This document shows positions 27,229 through 37,413 of a stretch of 64,000 nt of DNA, piece after piece (position 1 is the first letter of the stretch; every line of letters starts with the position of its first letter). The notes below the pieces were generated by a model that was given only the letters and a program-made list of their open reading frames with translations, was not told where the DNA came from and did no database searches. Both the position numbers and the translations under genes were made by a program. The DNA is taken from contig JAHCAI010000012.1 in assembly GCA_019634975.1 (NCBI GenBank), positions 7,004-71,003 on the forward strand. The letters run 5' to 3'. This DNA comes from Burkholderiales bacterium. Its GTDB lineage: Bacteria > Pseudomonadota > Gammaproteobacteria > Burkholderiales > SG8-41.

Positions 27229-27738
27229 TCAAGCGGGATTTTTTCCGTACGCCACCGCATCCCCCAGCGCAATCACTCCGCCCTCCAGCACCCGCGCAAT
27301 GATCCCGCCGTGCCCGCGCATCGCGTTGTAACCGCCGGCACCCAGCACTTCCTCCATCCGCGAACAGGGCTCGCACAGCCCAGTGCCCTCGAACAGCACA
27401 TCGCCGATGCGGAAGCGCTCTCCGCGCAGCGCCAGCAGGTTGATGCCCGACACCACGAGATTGCGGCGGAGCAGCGCCGGATCGATGGCATCGCGCCCGA
27501 GCAGTTTCGCGACGACATCGAGATGTTCACGCTGGATCAGCGTCACCTGGCGCTTGCCGCCCGCGCGCGTCGCCTTGTGGTCGCCGGCGAGGCCGTGGTC
27601 GGCGATGACTTCGACGCGGTTCATCGACTGCAGCGGCGCGCGCCTGCCGGGGCGCAGGCCGATCCATTCCAGCTTGCCCGCGCGGGGGAAGGTCTGCATC
27701 AGGACGCGCAGCGGGCTGGCGGGATTGAGTTTGGGCAT
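27229..27738 (-). CDS. MOSC-domain protein
   Basis: 169 aa. GLAGDHKA...RQVTLIQREHL...NLVVSG...CEPCSRME is typical of the MOSC domain. Confidence 0.8.
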   Translation of the reverse strand: MPKLNPASPLRVLMQTFPRAGKLEWIGLRPGRRAPLQSMNRVEVIADHGLAGDHKATRAGGKRQVTLIQREHLDVVAKLLGRDAIDPALLRRNLVVSGINLLALRGERFRIGDVLFEGTGLCEPCSRMEEVLGAGGYNAMRGHGGIIARVLEGGVIALGDAVAYGKNPA

Positions 27739-27782
27739 GGGTTAAGACGAATCGACAGACATCGAATCGAAAAAATATCAAA

Positions 27783-27795
27783 TAAGTATTTGATT
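27783..27795 (-). promoter_or_regulatory. IHF-consensus-like site (AATCAAATACTTA on minus strand)
   Basis: Matches WATCAANNNNTTR. Shares 14 nt (AATCAAATACTTAT) with the 31.54 kb copy. Confidence 0.3.
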
Positions 27796-27969
27796 ATATT
27801 GATGTATTTTACATGATTACTTGCGATTGAATTCGCATATAAACATCGATCAGGAACACTCAGACCAGATCTAACGATCCGATGATTCTTTACCGTCCAC
27901 AAAACCACGACCTATCATGGAGCGCCAGATCAGTTCAAAACGTCAACTAATTATGTCAACCAATACACG

Positions 27970-28809
27970 TTGGGCATCCTAGTGACTTACAACGCGGCAG
28001 AGATAGAGGCCATCGGTCTCTGCATTGCATTGGAAGCAGTTGGTGATATCGCAAATCGCACCTTGCTTGAACTTACCGATGTACCCAGTTTTCCTGGCGA
28101 ATCCGAAGTTCGCTTTCCGTCACTCGTCCATCAGCAGCTATTTCTTGCACGACTGCTTGATTTCGCCAAGGAATCCGGAGACGCCTCACTTACTGGCGTT
28201 AAGGGCTCTTGCCTATCTGTTCTTCAAGCCGCGTGCGAAAGCAAATGTTTCGACCAAAGTAACAGCGTGGCTTCCTTGAAAGAGTCAACGGCCGCGCTAG
28301 TTAACTGGTTGGAGGCCAAGACGCCGCTCAAACTCTGGCTACCGTCGCTCAACCTCGAGGCGATACTCAATGTTTCCCGAATTGAGTTTCTCTATATTTC
28401 GGGGAATCAAGCAAAACATAACCTCTCACGCCTTACAGGACTATCTAAGCGCATTAGATGTTTGCTCAAAGACCACGGGCACAACGTTGCCCTTGATCAA
28501 GTTCCGCTAGCTCTAGATGACTTTCGAGAGCACCTCCAAGAGGACTACTTCTCTTACTACGGTACTTGGCTGACTGAACTGTTGAACAACGTTCGTTGGG
28601 GTCTGCAAGAATATCTTATGCCTACATTTGAGGCTTCATTGAAGCGAATGCCGGAAAACCACATTGTTTACACTTACGAATATCCCACAGCAATCGCTAA
28701 CTCAGTTCCGCGCGCTTGGTTTTGGCGTCTTATGAACAATGTACGTTCCGGGCCTTATCTAAAACGCTTTGAGGGTGCCCACTACCTAAAGAGGCAGGTA
28801 CGTGGATAA
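27970..28809 (+). CDS. hypothetical protein, no recognisable family (islet gene A)
   Basis: 279-codon ORF opening with TTG. There is no in-frame ATG until late in the ORF, and an in-frame stop at 27883. Low GC. Helix-rich sequence. The string FLYISGNQAKHNLSRL is near the HEPN motif but does not match it. Confidence 0.5.
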   Translation: MGILVTYNAAEIEAIGLCIALEAVGDIANRTLLELTDVPSFPGESEVRFPSLVHQQLFLARLLDFAKESGDASLTGVKGSCLSVLQAACESKCFDQSNSVASLKESTAALVNWLEAKTPLKLWLPSLNLEAILNVSRIEFLYISGNQAKHNLSRLTGLSKRIRCLLKDHGHNVALDQVPLALDDFREHLQEDYFSYYGTWLTELLNNVRWGLQEYLMPTFEASLKRMPENHIVYTYEYPTAIANSVPRAWFWRLMNNVRSGPYLKRFEGAHYLKRQVRG

Positions 28810-28881
28810 GCGAGCCATGCGCCGAGAAGCCCCCAAACAACACGGTCGAGCCGACACTATGGGCCGGTCGAAGGAGGCAAT

Positions 28882-29610
28882 TTGGCCACGATAAACGTCC
28901 GCGAAGACCGAACCGTAAATTCCTTTGAGGAACTGGCGAGCCTTATTCAGCCATTTCGCAAGGACGGCGAATGGATCTTCCGCGGCGTACGCCAGAGCAA
29001 CTACGAACTGATTCCGAAAATCGGTCGGCCGGAGTCACGAAGGGCCATCGGTTCGGGGGGCAATCTCCCATACGATCGGAACGCCGAAGAAACAATGTAT
29101 CGCCATTTCGAACGATCCGCGCGGCCTTACGTCAAGCACGTTCCGGCCAATCGACTCGAGTGGCTTGCATTGGCTCAACACCACGGCATGTTCACTCGCC
29201 TGCTGGACTGGAGCGAAAGCCTGCTAGTTGCCGCTTACTTTGCAGTTGAAGACGCGCGCAAACGGACTCACCCACCCATGATCTATGCGATTAAGGACAT
29301 TCCATTGGCGCCCGCTAACAAGCATGATGACCTCAATGCCCTTGACGATGTCGTGATGTATTACCCACCACACATCAGCCCTCGGATCCCTGCACAAACT
29401 GGTTTGTTCACGGTGCACAGGGACCCCGACAAGCCCTTTGCGCCGAAGAACGTTGTACGAATCACAATCGGACCTAGTCCATTGACTCTCAAACTCAACC
29501 TTAACGCCTGCGGTGTGCATAAAAGCTCCCTGTTTCCCGATATTGATGGCTTGGCCGAGTACCAATCCTGGCTGTACAAGTGGAGCGAGCACATGAGGTA
29601 CGGGGATTAA
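28882..29610 (+). CDS. FRG-domain protein (islet gene B)
   Basis: 242 aa. TTG start with AAGGAGG 4-5 nt upstream. FRG-domain hallmarks EWIFRGVRQSNYELIPKIGR, LALAQHHGMFTRLLDWSESLLVAAYFA, RIPAQTGLFTV. Confidence 0.8.
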   Translation: MATINVREDRTVNSFEELASLIQPFRKDGEWIFRGVRQSNYELIPKIGRPESRRAIGSGGNLPYDRNAEETMYRHFERSARPYVKHVPANRLEWLALAQHHGMFTRLLDWSESLLVAAYFAVEDARKRTHPPMIYAIKDIPLAPANKHDDLNALDDVVMYYPPHISPRIPAQTGLFTVHRDPDKPFAPKNVVRITIGPSPLTLKLNLNACGVHKSSLFPDIDGLAEYQSWLYKWSEHMRYGD

Positions 29611-29623
29611 TAAGTAGCCTTCA

Positions 29624-30001
29624 ATGTCCAAAGATAACCCAATGCCCCCGCACAAAATCTTCTCCATGAAGTTTGCCAAGGTCTACCCGCTCTACGTCCA
29701 GAAAGCCGAACGCAAGAACCGGACGAAGGCAGAGGTCGACCAGGTCATCCGCTGGCTGACCGGTTACACCCAGGCGGGATTGCAGAAACAGATCCGGCAG
29801 GAAACGGATTTCGAAGGGTTTTTCGCAAATGCGCCGGCGATGAATCCGGACCGTTCGCTGATCAAGGGCGTGGTCTGCGGCGTGCGCGTGGAGGACGTCG
29901 AAGACCCGCTGATGCGGAACATCCGTTACCTCGACAAGCTGGTGGATGAACTGGCCAAGGGCAAGGCGATGGACAAGATCCTGCGGAAACCGGCGGCCTG
30001 A
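29624..30001 (+). CDS. DUF2200-family protein
   Basis: 125 aa. [39 protein letters not shown] is typical of DUF2200. Confidence 0.7.
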   Translation: MSKDNPMPPHKIFSMKFAKVYPLYVQKAERKNRTKAEVDQVIRWLTGYTQAGLQKQIRQETDFEGFFANAPAMNPDRSLIKGVVCGVRVEDVEDPLMRNIRYLDKLVDELAKGKAMDKILRKPAA

Positions 30002-30032
30002 CCCGGATCAGCCGCAAATCGATCGCAGCAAA

Positions 30033-30071
30033 CAAAACGCCCACCGACTCCCGCCGGTGGACGTTTTGCTT
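30033..30071. terminator. bidirectional intrinsic terminator between DUF2200 gene and fumC
   Basis: aaaacgcccaccg-actcccgc-cggtggacgtttt. Roughly 10-bp stem with one mismatch, A-run on one side and T-run on the other. Confidence 0.6.
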
Positions 30072-30090
30072 GAACCGCTGCAACTAAGCC

Positions 30091-31500
30091 TTACTTCTTC
30101 TTTTTCTTGATCTTCATCCCCACCATGTCCTCGGCCTTGACCCACTGATCGAACTGCTTCTCGGTCAGATGGCCCAGTTCGATCGCGGACTGCTTCAGCG
30201 TCAGGCCCTTCTTGTGGGCATTCTTGGCGATGGCGGCGGCCTTGGCGTAGCCGATGTGCGGGTTGAGCGCGGTGACCAGCATCAGCGACTCGTTGGTGAG
30301 CTGGCTGATACGCGCGAGGTTGGGCTCGATGCCGACCGCGCAGTGCTCCTCGAAATTCTCGCAGGCATGCGCCAGCAGGTGCGCGCTGTGCATGAAGTTG
30401 CGGATCACCATCGGGCGGAACACATTCAGTTCAAAGTTGCCCATCGAACCGCCGACGTTGATCGCGGTGTCGTTGCCGAAGACCTGGCAGCAAACCATGG
30501 TCATCGATTCGGACTGGGTCGGGTTGACCTTGCCCGGCATGATCGAGGAACCCGGCTCGTTCTCCGGGATGCTCAGTTCGCCGATGCCGCAGCGCGGGCC
30601 GCTGGCCAGCCAGCGGATGTCGTTGGCGATTTTCATCAGTGAAGCCGCGAGGGTCTTCAGCGCGCCGTGGGCGGCGACAACGCCGTCGCAGGAACCCAGC
30701 GCTTCGAACTTGTTGGGCGCGGTGACGAAGGGCAGGCCGGTCAGCTTCTTCAGCTGGGCGGCGACGTCCTTGGCGAACTTGGGATGGGCGTTCAGGCCGG
30801 TGCCGACCGCGGTGCCGCCCAGCGCGAGCTCGCAGAGGTGGGGCAGCGCGGCGTCGATGTGTTTGAGGCCGTGGTCGAGCTGGGAGACGTAACCCGAGAA
30901 TTCCTGGCCCAGCGTCAGCGGCGTCGCGTCCTGCAGGTGGGTGCGGCCGATCTTGACGATGTGCATGAAGGCGCGGGCCTTCTTGTCCAGCGTGTTGCGC
31001 AGCTTCTTCACCGCAGGCTTCAGCTGTTTCTCCAGCGCGATCACCGCGGCGACGTGCATCGCCGTGGGGAAGGTGTCGTTGGAGGACTGGCCCTTGTTGA
31101 CGTCGTCGTTCTCGTGCACCAGGCGGTTCGCGCCGCGCTTGCCGCCGAGGATCTCGGAGGCGCGGTTGGCCAGCACTTCGTTGACATTCATGTTGGTCTG
31201 GGTGCCGGAGCCGGTCTGCCACACCACCAGCGGGAAATGGTCGTTCCATTTGCCGGAGAGCGCCTCGTCGGCGGCCTCGACGATAGCCCTGCCCTTCTTC
31301 TTGTCGAGCACGCCGAGCGCCATGTTGGTCAGCGCGGCGGCCTTCTTCACCATGATCTGCGCGTGCACCACCGGCATCGGCATGGTCTCGCCGGGGAAAT
31401 GGAAGTGATGCAGGCTGCGCTCGGTCTGCGCGCCCCACAGCATATGGTCGGGGACTTCGATGTCGCCCATCGTGTCGTGTTCGGTGCGGAATTTGGCCAT
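30091..31500 (-). CDS. fumC: class II fumarate hydratase
   Basis: 469 aa. [32 protein letters not shown] signature. Confidence 0.95.
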   Translation of the reverse strand: MAKFRTEHDTMGDIEVPDHMLWGAQTERSLHHFHFPGETMPMPVVHAQIMVKKAAALTNMALGVLDKKKGRAIVEAADEALSGKWNDHFPLVVWQTGSGTQTNMNVNEVLANRASEILGGKRGANRLVHENDDVNKGQSSNDTFPTAMHVAAVIALEKQLKPAVKKLRNTLDKKARAFMHIVKIGRTHLQDATPLTLGQEFSGYVSQLDHGLKHIDAALPHLCELALGGTAVGTGLNAHPKFAKDVAAQLKKLTGLPFVTAPNKFEALGSCDGVVAAHGALKTLAASLMKIANDIRWLASGPRCGIGELSIPENEPGSSIMPGKVNPTQSESMTMVCCQVFGNDTAINVGGSMGNFELNVFRPMVIRNFMHSAHLLAHACENFEEHCAVGIEPNLARISQLTNESLMLVTALNPHIGYAKAAAIAKNAHKKGLTLKQSAIELGHLTEKQFDQWVKAEDMVGMKIKKKKK

Positions 31501-31540
31501 GGTCTCAGGTTACGACAATAAGTTATAAAAATATGAATAA

Positions 31541-31553
31541 AATCAAATACTTA
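31541..31553 (+). promoter_or_regulatory. IHF-consensus-like site (AATCAAATACTTA)
   Basis: Matches WATCAANNNNTTR. A related caataagttataaaaat lies 25 nt upstream (31516-31532). Confidence 0.3.
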
Positions 31554-31576
31554 TAAAAAATTCGGGCTGGTCTCAA

Positions 31577-31615
31577 CCCCTCACCCTGACCCTCTCCCCG
31601 CAAGCGGGGCGAGGG
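31577..31615 (-). repeat. REP-like hairpin element, copy 3 (inverted orientation)
   Basis: cccctcaccctgaccctctccccgcaagcggggcgaggg. Confidence 0.7.
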
Positions 31616-31633
31616 AAACTGCATGGTTGCCAC

Positions 31634-33937
31634 TCACAGCAGCGGCCGCTGTTCGCCGCGCTGGGCATGGGCGTTGGCGTCGGCCACGGTCAGCGCGGTC
31701 ATGTTGACGATGCGGCGCACGGTGGCGCTGGTGGTCAGCACGTTCACCGGCTGCGCCGCGCCGAGCAGGATCGGGCCGACGGTGATGCCGTCGCCGGAGG
31801 CAGTCTTCAGCAGGTTGAAGGAGATGTTCGCCGCGTCCAGCGTCGGCATGATCAGCAGGTTGGCCTGCCCCTTCAGCCGCGAGTTCGGGAAGATCTTCAT
31901 GCGGATCTCCTCGGACAGCGCGGCGTCGCCGTGCATCTCGCCGTCGATCTCGAGGTTGGGCGCGCGTTCGTTGATCAGCGCCAGCGCGGCGCGCATCTTG
32001 CGCGCGGTGTCGGAATCGGAGGAGCCGAAGCTCGAGTGCGACAGCAGTGCGGCCTTGGGCACCAGGCCGAAGCGGCTGATCTCCTCGGCGGCGAGTATCG
32101 TCGATTCGGCGATCTGCTCGGCCGTGGGGTCGCGGTTGACATAGGTGTCGCAGATGAACACGGTGCGCCCCGGCAGCATGACCATGTTCATCGCCGAGTA
32201 GTTCTGCACGCCGGCGCGCTTGCCGAGCACGAGGTCGATGAAGCGCAGGTGGCTGTCGTAGCGGCCGAACAGGCCGCAGAGCATGCCGTCAGCGGCACCC
32301 TTGCGCATCAGCATCGCGCCGATCAGCGTGGTGCGGCGGCGCATGTCGAGCTTGGCGATTTCGGGGGTCACGCCGCGGCGCTCGCCGAGGTGCTGGTACT
32401 CGGTCCAGTACTCGCGGTAGCGCGGGTCGTCGTTGGGATCGACCAGTTCGAAGTCGCGGCCGCGCTGCAGGCGCAGGCCGAGGCGCTCGATGCGGGTGGC
32501 GATGACCCCGGGCCGGCCGATGAGGATGGGGTGCACGATGCCTTCGTCGACGGCGACCTGCACCGCGCGCAGCACGATCTCCTGCTCGCCCTCGGCATAG
32601 ACCACGCGCCGCGGTGACTTCTTCGCTGCGGCGATCACCGGCTTCATGATCAGGCCCGACTGGTAGACCACCTCGGTCATGCGCTGCACATAGGCGTCGA
32701 AGTCGGCGATCGGGCGCGTCGCCACGCCGCTGTCCATCGCCGCCTTCGCCACCGCCGGCGCGACGGTGCTGATCAGCCGCGGGTCGAAGGGCCGCGGGAT
32801 CAGGTAGTCGGGGCCGAACTTGAGGTCCTGTTCGCCGTAGGCGGCGGCGACGATGTCCGACTGCTCGGCCTGGGCCAGCGCGGCAATGGCGTTGACCGCG
32901 GCGATCTCCATTTCGCGGTTGATGGTGGTCGCGCCGACATCCAGCGCGCCGCGGAAGATGAAGGGAAAGCACAGCACGTTGTTGACCTGGTTCGGATAGT
33001 CCGAGCGGCCGGTGGCCATCACCGCGTCGGGGCGCACCTCCTTCACCAGCTCGGGCAGGATTTCCGGCTCGGGGTTGGCGAGCGCGAGGATCAGCGGACG
33101 CTCGGCCATCTGACTGACCATCTCGGGCTTGAGCACCTTGCCCGCGGAGAGGCCGAGGAAGGCATCGGCGCCGGCGATGACCTCGCCCAGGGTGCGTGCC
33201 TTGGTGTCGATCGCGTAGCGCGCCTTCTCCTCGTCCATCAGTTCGGTGCGGCCCTTGTAGACCACGCCGACGATGTCGGTGACCGTGATGTTTTCCTTTT
33301 TCAGGCCCAGCGACACCAGCAGGTCGAGGCAGGCCAGCGCCGCGGCGCCGGCGCCGGATACCACCAGCTTGATTTTCGAAATGTCCTTGCCGACGACCTT
33401 CAGCCCGTTGATGAAGGCAGCGCTGACGATGATCGCAGTGCCGTGCTGGTCGTCATGAAACACCGGGATCTTGCAGCGCTTCCTCAGCTCGCGCTCGACA
33501 AGGAAGCATTCCGGTGCCTTGATGTCTTCGAGATTGATGCCGCCGAAGGTCGGCTCCAGCGCGGCGATGATGTCGACGAGCTTCATCGGGTCGAGCTCGT
33601 TGATCTCGATGTCGAAGACGTCGATGCCGGCGAATTTCTTGAACAGCACCGCCTTGCCTTCCATCACCGGCTTCGAGGCGAGCGGCCCGATGTTGCCCAG
33701 GCCCAGCACCGCGGTGCCGTTGGTGATCACCGCGACCAGGTTGCCGCGCGCGGTGTAGAGGCTGGCATCGGCCGGATTGGCGGCGATTTCCTGGCAGACC
33801 TTGGCAACGCCCGGCGTGTAGGCCAGCGCGAGGTCCCTCTGGTTGACCAGGCCCTTGGTCGGGGTGACCGCGATTTTCCCCGGCACGGGGAGACGGTGAT
33901 ACTCCAGCGCCGCCTTGCGCAGTTGCTCTTCGGGCAT
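31634..33937 (-). CDS. maeB: NADP-dependent malic enzyme (malic enzyme + phosphotransacetylase-like domain)
   Basis: Start ATG 33937 ([24 protein letters not shown]...). 767 aa. The C-terminal PTA-like half is present. Confidence 0.92.
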   Translation of the reverse strand: MPEEQLRKAALEYHRLPVPGKIAVTPTKGLVNQRDLALAYTPGVAKVCQEIAANPADASLYTARGNLVAVITNGTAVLGLGNIGPLASKPVMEGKAVLFKKFAGIDVFDIEINELDPMKLVDIIAALEPTFGGINLEDIKAPECFLVERELRKRCKIPVFHDDQHGTAIIVSAAFINGLKVVGKDISKIKLVVSGAGAAALACLDLLVSLGLKKENITVTDIVGVVYKGRTELMDEEKARYAIDTKARTLGEVIAGADAFLGLSAGKVLKPEMVSQMAERPLILALANPEPEILPELVKEVRPDAVMATGRSDYPNQVNNVLCFPFIFRGALDVGATTINREMEIAAVNAIAALAQAEQSDIVAAAYGEQDLKFGPDYLIPRPFDPRLISTVAPAVAKAAMDSGVATRPIADFDAYVQRMTEVVYQSGLIMKPVIAAAKKSPRRVVYAEGEQEIVLRAVQVAVDEGIVHPILIGRPGVIATRIERLGLRLQRGRDFELVDPNDDPRYREYWTEYQHLGERRGVTPEIAKLDMRRRTTLIGAMLMRKGAADGMLCGLFGRYDSHLRFIDLVLGKRAGVQNYSAMNMVMLPGRTVFICDTYVNRDPTAEQIAESTILAAEEISRFGLVPKAALLSHSSFGSSDSDTARKMRAALALINERAPNLEIDGEMHGDAALSEEIRMKIFPNSRLKGQANLLIMPTLDAANISFNLLKTASGDGITVGPILLGAAQPVNVLTTSATVRRIVNMTALTVADANAHAQRGEQRPLL

Positions 33938-34158
33938 TTTCTGAAAACCGCCTTTCGGAAGATTCGGCCGCGCGTCAGGGACCGTCGGGGGGCACCGCGC
34001 GGGGAGCAGAATTATACCGTAGCCCCTCCAGCCGGCAGCCCGCCGCGGCAGGCCTTCGCGCGGTTCGTGCCGCTGCAAAAATGAGGTATGGTCAGCCCGT
34101 GCAGTTCACCGCGGTGGTCAGGCAGCACATCGCAACTCGGATCGAGGAATGAAAAACA

Positions 34159-34524
34159 ATGGACATCAATATTCCGGAAGTGCTGGCGGAGGTCACGGCG
34201 GCCTGCCACCGCTACGAACAGGCGCTGGTCACCAATGACGTGGCGGTGCTCGACGAACTGTTCTGGCGGAGCCCGCTGACGGTGCGCTACGGCGCCGGCG
34301 AACTGCTCTACGGCCACGACGAAATCGCCAGGTTCCGCGCGGCGCGGCCATCGGCGGGGCTCGGGCGCAAGGTGCTGCGCGAAGTGATCACCACCTACGG
34401 CCGCGATTTCGCGACCTCGAGCCTGCACTTCGACCGCGGCGGCCGCATCGGCCGCCAGATGCAAAGCTGGGTGCGGCTGCCGGAGGGATGGCGCGTAGTG
34501 GCCGCCCACGTCAGCATGATGTAG
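34159..34524 (+). CDS. HpxZ/AtzH-like SnoaL-fold protein
   Basis: 121 aa. [18 protein letters not shown]...TVRYGAGE...FRAARP...WRVVAAHVS resembles oxalurate catabolism protein HpxZ. Confidence 0.65.
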   Translation: MDINIPEVLAEVTAACHRYEQALVTNDVAVLDELFWRSPLTVRYGAGELLYGHDEIARFRAARPSAGLGRKVLREVITTYGRDFATSSLHFDRGGRIGRQMQSWVRLPEGWRVVAAHVSMM

Positions 34525-34762
34525 AACCCCGCTCAACAACGCCCGCGCCTGCGGGGACTGCGTTGCCCGCTGCGTTTCGCCTCGCCTTGCCCTGCCAGTA
34601 ATATGTCCCGTCGCAGCCTTGCGCGCGCCTTGTCCCGGCAGCGCTCGCCAGGTTTCTGAAACGGCTTCCGGCGTTACCGGGCACGGCCACGCCGGGGCGC
34701 GCGCTTTGTGCTACCGTTGCGCTGTATTTTTTTCGCAACGCCCCCCGCACAAACCCATCGCC

Positions 34763-35740
34763 ATGCCCGACCCCAGCCCCGGCCTGCGCGCCGAACTCTA
34801 TCCCGCGATTGAACCGTACCGCAGCGACATGCTCGAGCTCGACGGCCGGCACCGGATGTACTTCGAGGAATCCGGGAATCCGCAGGGCGTGCCGGTCATC
34901 TTCCTCCACGGCGGCCCCGGGGCCGGGGCGGCGCCCGCGCACCGGCGCTTTTTCGATCCGGCGCATTACCGCATCGTGATCTTCGACCAGCGCGGCGCCG
35001 GCCGCTCGACGCCGCTGGGCGAGATCACCGACAACACGACGCCGCTGCTGATTGCCGACATCGAGAAGCTGCGCGCGACGCTGGGCATCGAGCGCTGGCT
35101 GGTGTTCGGCGGTTCCTGGGGCAGCACGCTGGCGCTGGCCTATGCCGAGGCGCATCCCGAGCGCTGCAGCGGGCTGATCCTGCGCGGCATTTTCCTGTGC
35201 CGCAAAAGCGAGATCGACTGGTTCCTCTACGGCCTGCGCAACCTGTTCCCGGAGGCCTGGCGCGAATTCACGGCGCCGATCCCGGAGGCCGAGCGCGGCG
35301 ACCTGCTCACCGCCTACCACCGCCGGCTGACCGACCCCGATCCGGCGGTCCACCTGCCGGCGGCGCGCGCCTGGAGCACCTATGAGGGCTCCTGCTCGAC
35401 GCTGCTGCCGAGCCCGGAGACGGTCGCCTATTTCGCCGGCGACGTGGTCGCGCTGGGCCTCGCCCGCATCGAGGCGCACTATTTCATCAACGACATATTC
35501 CTGCCGGAAAATTCGCTGCTGGAGCGCGTGGCGCGCATCCGCAGCATCCCGGGCATCATCGTCCAGGGCCGCTATGACGCGGTCTGCCCCATCGTCTCCG
35601 CCGACGACCTGCACCGCGCCTGGCCGGAAGCCGAGTACCATATCGTTCCCGACGCCGGCCACTCGGCCTGGGAACCGGGCATCTGCGCGGCGCTGGTGAG
35701 GGCCGCGGAGAAATTCAAATACACCATCCAGGGAGACTGA
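34763..35740 (+). CDS. pip: prolyl aminopeptidase (proline iminopeptidase)
   Basis: Start ATG 34763 (MPDPSPGLRAELYPAIEPY...). HGGPGAG. GGSWGSTLALAYA nucleophile elbow. C-terminal GHSA. Confidence 0.9.
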   Translation: MPDPSPGLRAELYPAIEPYRSDMLELDGRHRMYFEESGNPQGVPVIFLHGGPGAGAAPAHRRFFDPAHYRIVIFDQRGAGRSTPLGEITDNTTPLLIADIEKLRATLGIERWLVFGGSWGSTLALAYAEAHPERCSGLILRGIFLCRKSEIDWFLYGLRNLFPEAWREFTAPIPEAERGDLLTAYHRRLTDPDPAVHLPAARAWSTYEGSCSTLLPSPETVAYFAGDVVALGLARIEAHYFINDIFLPENSLLERVARIRSIPGIIVQGRYDAVCPIVSADDLHRAWPEAEYHIVPDAGHSAWEPGICAALVRAAEKFKYTIQGD

Positions 35741-35741
35741 A

Positions 35742-36656
35742 GTGAAACTCGTGACGTACTCCGCGGGCAAGCGTGCCCCCGCGAAAATCGGCGTGATTGC
35801 CGCCGACGGCAGCATCATCGACCTCGAAACCGCGGCGAAAAAGGCGCGGGTGAAGCTGCCCTTCGCCGCCGACGACATGATCGGGCTGGTGGCCGCCGGC
35901 AAGGCCGGGCTCGCGCTGGTGAAAAAGGCGGTCGCCGGCCTGAAGACCGGGCACCACAAGTTCGCGAAGGTCACGCTGCACGCGCCGATCCCGCGCCCGC
36001 GCAAGAACGTGTTCTGCGTCGGCTGGAACTATGTCGAGCATTTCGAGGAAGGCGCCAAGGCGCGCCCGCATGTGCAGGAGCTGCCCAAGCACCCGGCCTT
36101 CTTCACCAAGCAGCCGCTGGCGGTCAACGGGCCCTATGCCGACGTGCCCTCGCACCCGGGCGTCACCGAAAAGCTCGACTGGGAAGTGGAAATGGCCGTG
36201 GTCATCGGCAAGGGCGGCCGCAACATCAAGGAAGCCGATGCGATGAAGCACATCTACGGCTACATGATCGCCAACGACGTCTCGGCGCGCGAAGTGCAGC
36301 GCCAGCACGGCCAGCAGTGGTTCAAGGGCAAGAGCCTCGACGGCCACTGCCCGATGGGCCCCTGGCTCACGACCGCTGACGAAGTGAAGAACCCGCAGGG
36401 CCTGCGCATCACCTGCCGCGTCAACGGCGTGACCAAGCAGGACTCGAACACCAGCTACATGTATTTCAAGATCCCGCGCCTGATCGCGGAGCTGTCGGCG
36501 GGACTGACGCTGGAACCGGGCGACCTGTTCCTGACCGGCACGCCGGCCGGCGTCGGCCACGCGCGCAACCCGCCGGAGTTCATGAAGCCGGGCGACATCC
36601 TGGAAACGGAAGTGGAAGGGCTGGGGTTGCTGCGCAACCGGATCGCGGCAAAGTAA
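35742..36656 (+). CDS. fumarylacetoacetate hydrolase (FAH) family protein
   Basis: 304 aa with GTG start. FCVGWNY, LDWEVEMAVVIG, DVSAR, GTPAGVG motifs. Confidence 0.85.
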   Translation: MKLVTYSAGKRAPAKIGVIAADGSIIDLETAAKKARVKLPFAADDMIGLVAAGKAGLALVKKAVAGLKTGHHKFAKVTLHAPIPRPRKNVFCVGWNYVEHFEEGAKARPHVQELPKHPAFFTKQPLAVNGPYADVPSHPGVTEKLDWEVEMAVVIGKGGRNIKEADAMKHIYGYMIANDVSAREVQRQHGQQWFKGKSLDGHCPMGPWLTTADEVKNPQGLRITCRVNGVTKQDSNTSYMYFKIPRLIAELSAGLTLEPGDLFLTGTPAGVGHARNPPEFMKPGDILETEVEGLGLLRNRIAAK

Positions 36657-36671
36657 TCTCCGCCGCACCCG

Positions 36672-36701
36672 AAAAAACGCCGCTCACTGCGGCGTTTTTT
36701 T
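36672..36701. terminator. bidirectional intrinsic terminator
   Basis: aaaaaacgccgc-tcac-tgcggcgttttttt. The stop codon of the minus-strand gene lies in the loop. Confidence 0.7.
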
Positions 36702-36980
36702 ATTCGTGGCTTTCTTGTTGTGCTGGTCGGCGGCCGCCTTGCCGGCCGCCTGCAGGCTTTCCAGCCCGGCTTTCTGCATCTCCAGCGTCTTGATGGTCAT
36801 CTGCACGAAGCCGGTATTCATGGTCAGCCAGGTTTCGACGGCTTTCAGCTCGGCGATCTTTTTCTCGAGGTCCTCGACGTTCATGGTCGGCGCGATCATC
36901 CCGGGAATCGGGAATCCCATCGGATTCCACATCTTCTGCATGAACTCGAAAAAATCCTTCGGCACATCCTGATCGGCCAT
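36684..36980 (-). CDS. small coiled-coil protein with basic tail (PhaM-like, tentative)
   Basis: 98 aa. FFEFMQKMWNPMGFPIPGMIAPTMNVEDLEKKIAELKAVETWL... C-terminal HNKKATNKKTPQ. The family assignment is from memory and uncertain. Confidence 0.45.
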   Translation of the reverse strand: MADQDVPKDFFEFMQKMWNPMGFPIPGMIAPTMNVEDLEKKIAELKAVETWLTMNTGFVQMTIKTLEMQKAGLESLQAAGKAAADQHNKKATNKKTPQ

Positions 36981-37025
36981 GATCGCTCCCGTTTGTGACG
37001 ACCTGATTATAGGCGCGCCGGGCGC

Positions 37026-37397
37026 TCAGGCGAGCTCGATGCGCACCGGGTCGCCGTCGCGGGCGCTCGCCAGCAGCGCGGGATCGCCGCGCAGGCGGCC
37101 GAGGACATTGCAGGGAGACACCAGCCGGCACTCGTCGCCCTGTGACACGGGGGTGCGCCCCCAGGGCAGGGCCAGCGCGCTGCCGTCGACCCAGAAGCAG
37201 ACCGTGCCCGGATCGACGACCTGGCGCGCATCCGGCTCCAGGGCGGCGGTCAGCGGCAGGGAAAAATAGACTTCCTCGCCCCAGGTCTGGATGCGGGATT
37301 CACAGGGCAGCGCGGCGAGCAGCCGGCCGGTCGTGGGTCCGGGCCGCAGGTCGGCAATCACCGATGCGGCCGGCCACGCGATGCGGATCGCCGTCAC
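37026..37397 (-). CDS. cyclophilin-like-fold protein (DUF3830-like)
   Basis: 123 aa from GTG 37397 (no in-frame ATG nearby). WGEEVYFSLP...PGTVCFWVDGSALALPWG. The start is uncertain. Confidence 0.5.
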   Translation of the reverse strand: MTAIRIAWPAASVIADLRPGPTTGRLLAALPCESRIQTWGEEVYFSLPLTAALEPDARQVVDPGTVCFWVDGSALALPWGRTPVSQGDECRLVSPCNVLGRLRGDPALLASARDGDPVRIELA

Positions 37398-37413
37398 CGG
37401 CCGGGGATCAGGC

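Larger units (their letters stand above)
27740..29623 (+). other. low-GC islet of probable horizontal origin (two ORFs)
   Basis: GC counted on sampled 60-nt lines: 14/60 (27781-27840), 27/60 (28021-28080) and 29/60 (29281-29340), versus 42/60 in the flanking MOSC gene (27301-27360). Confidence 0.6.
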
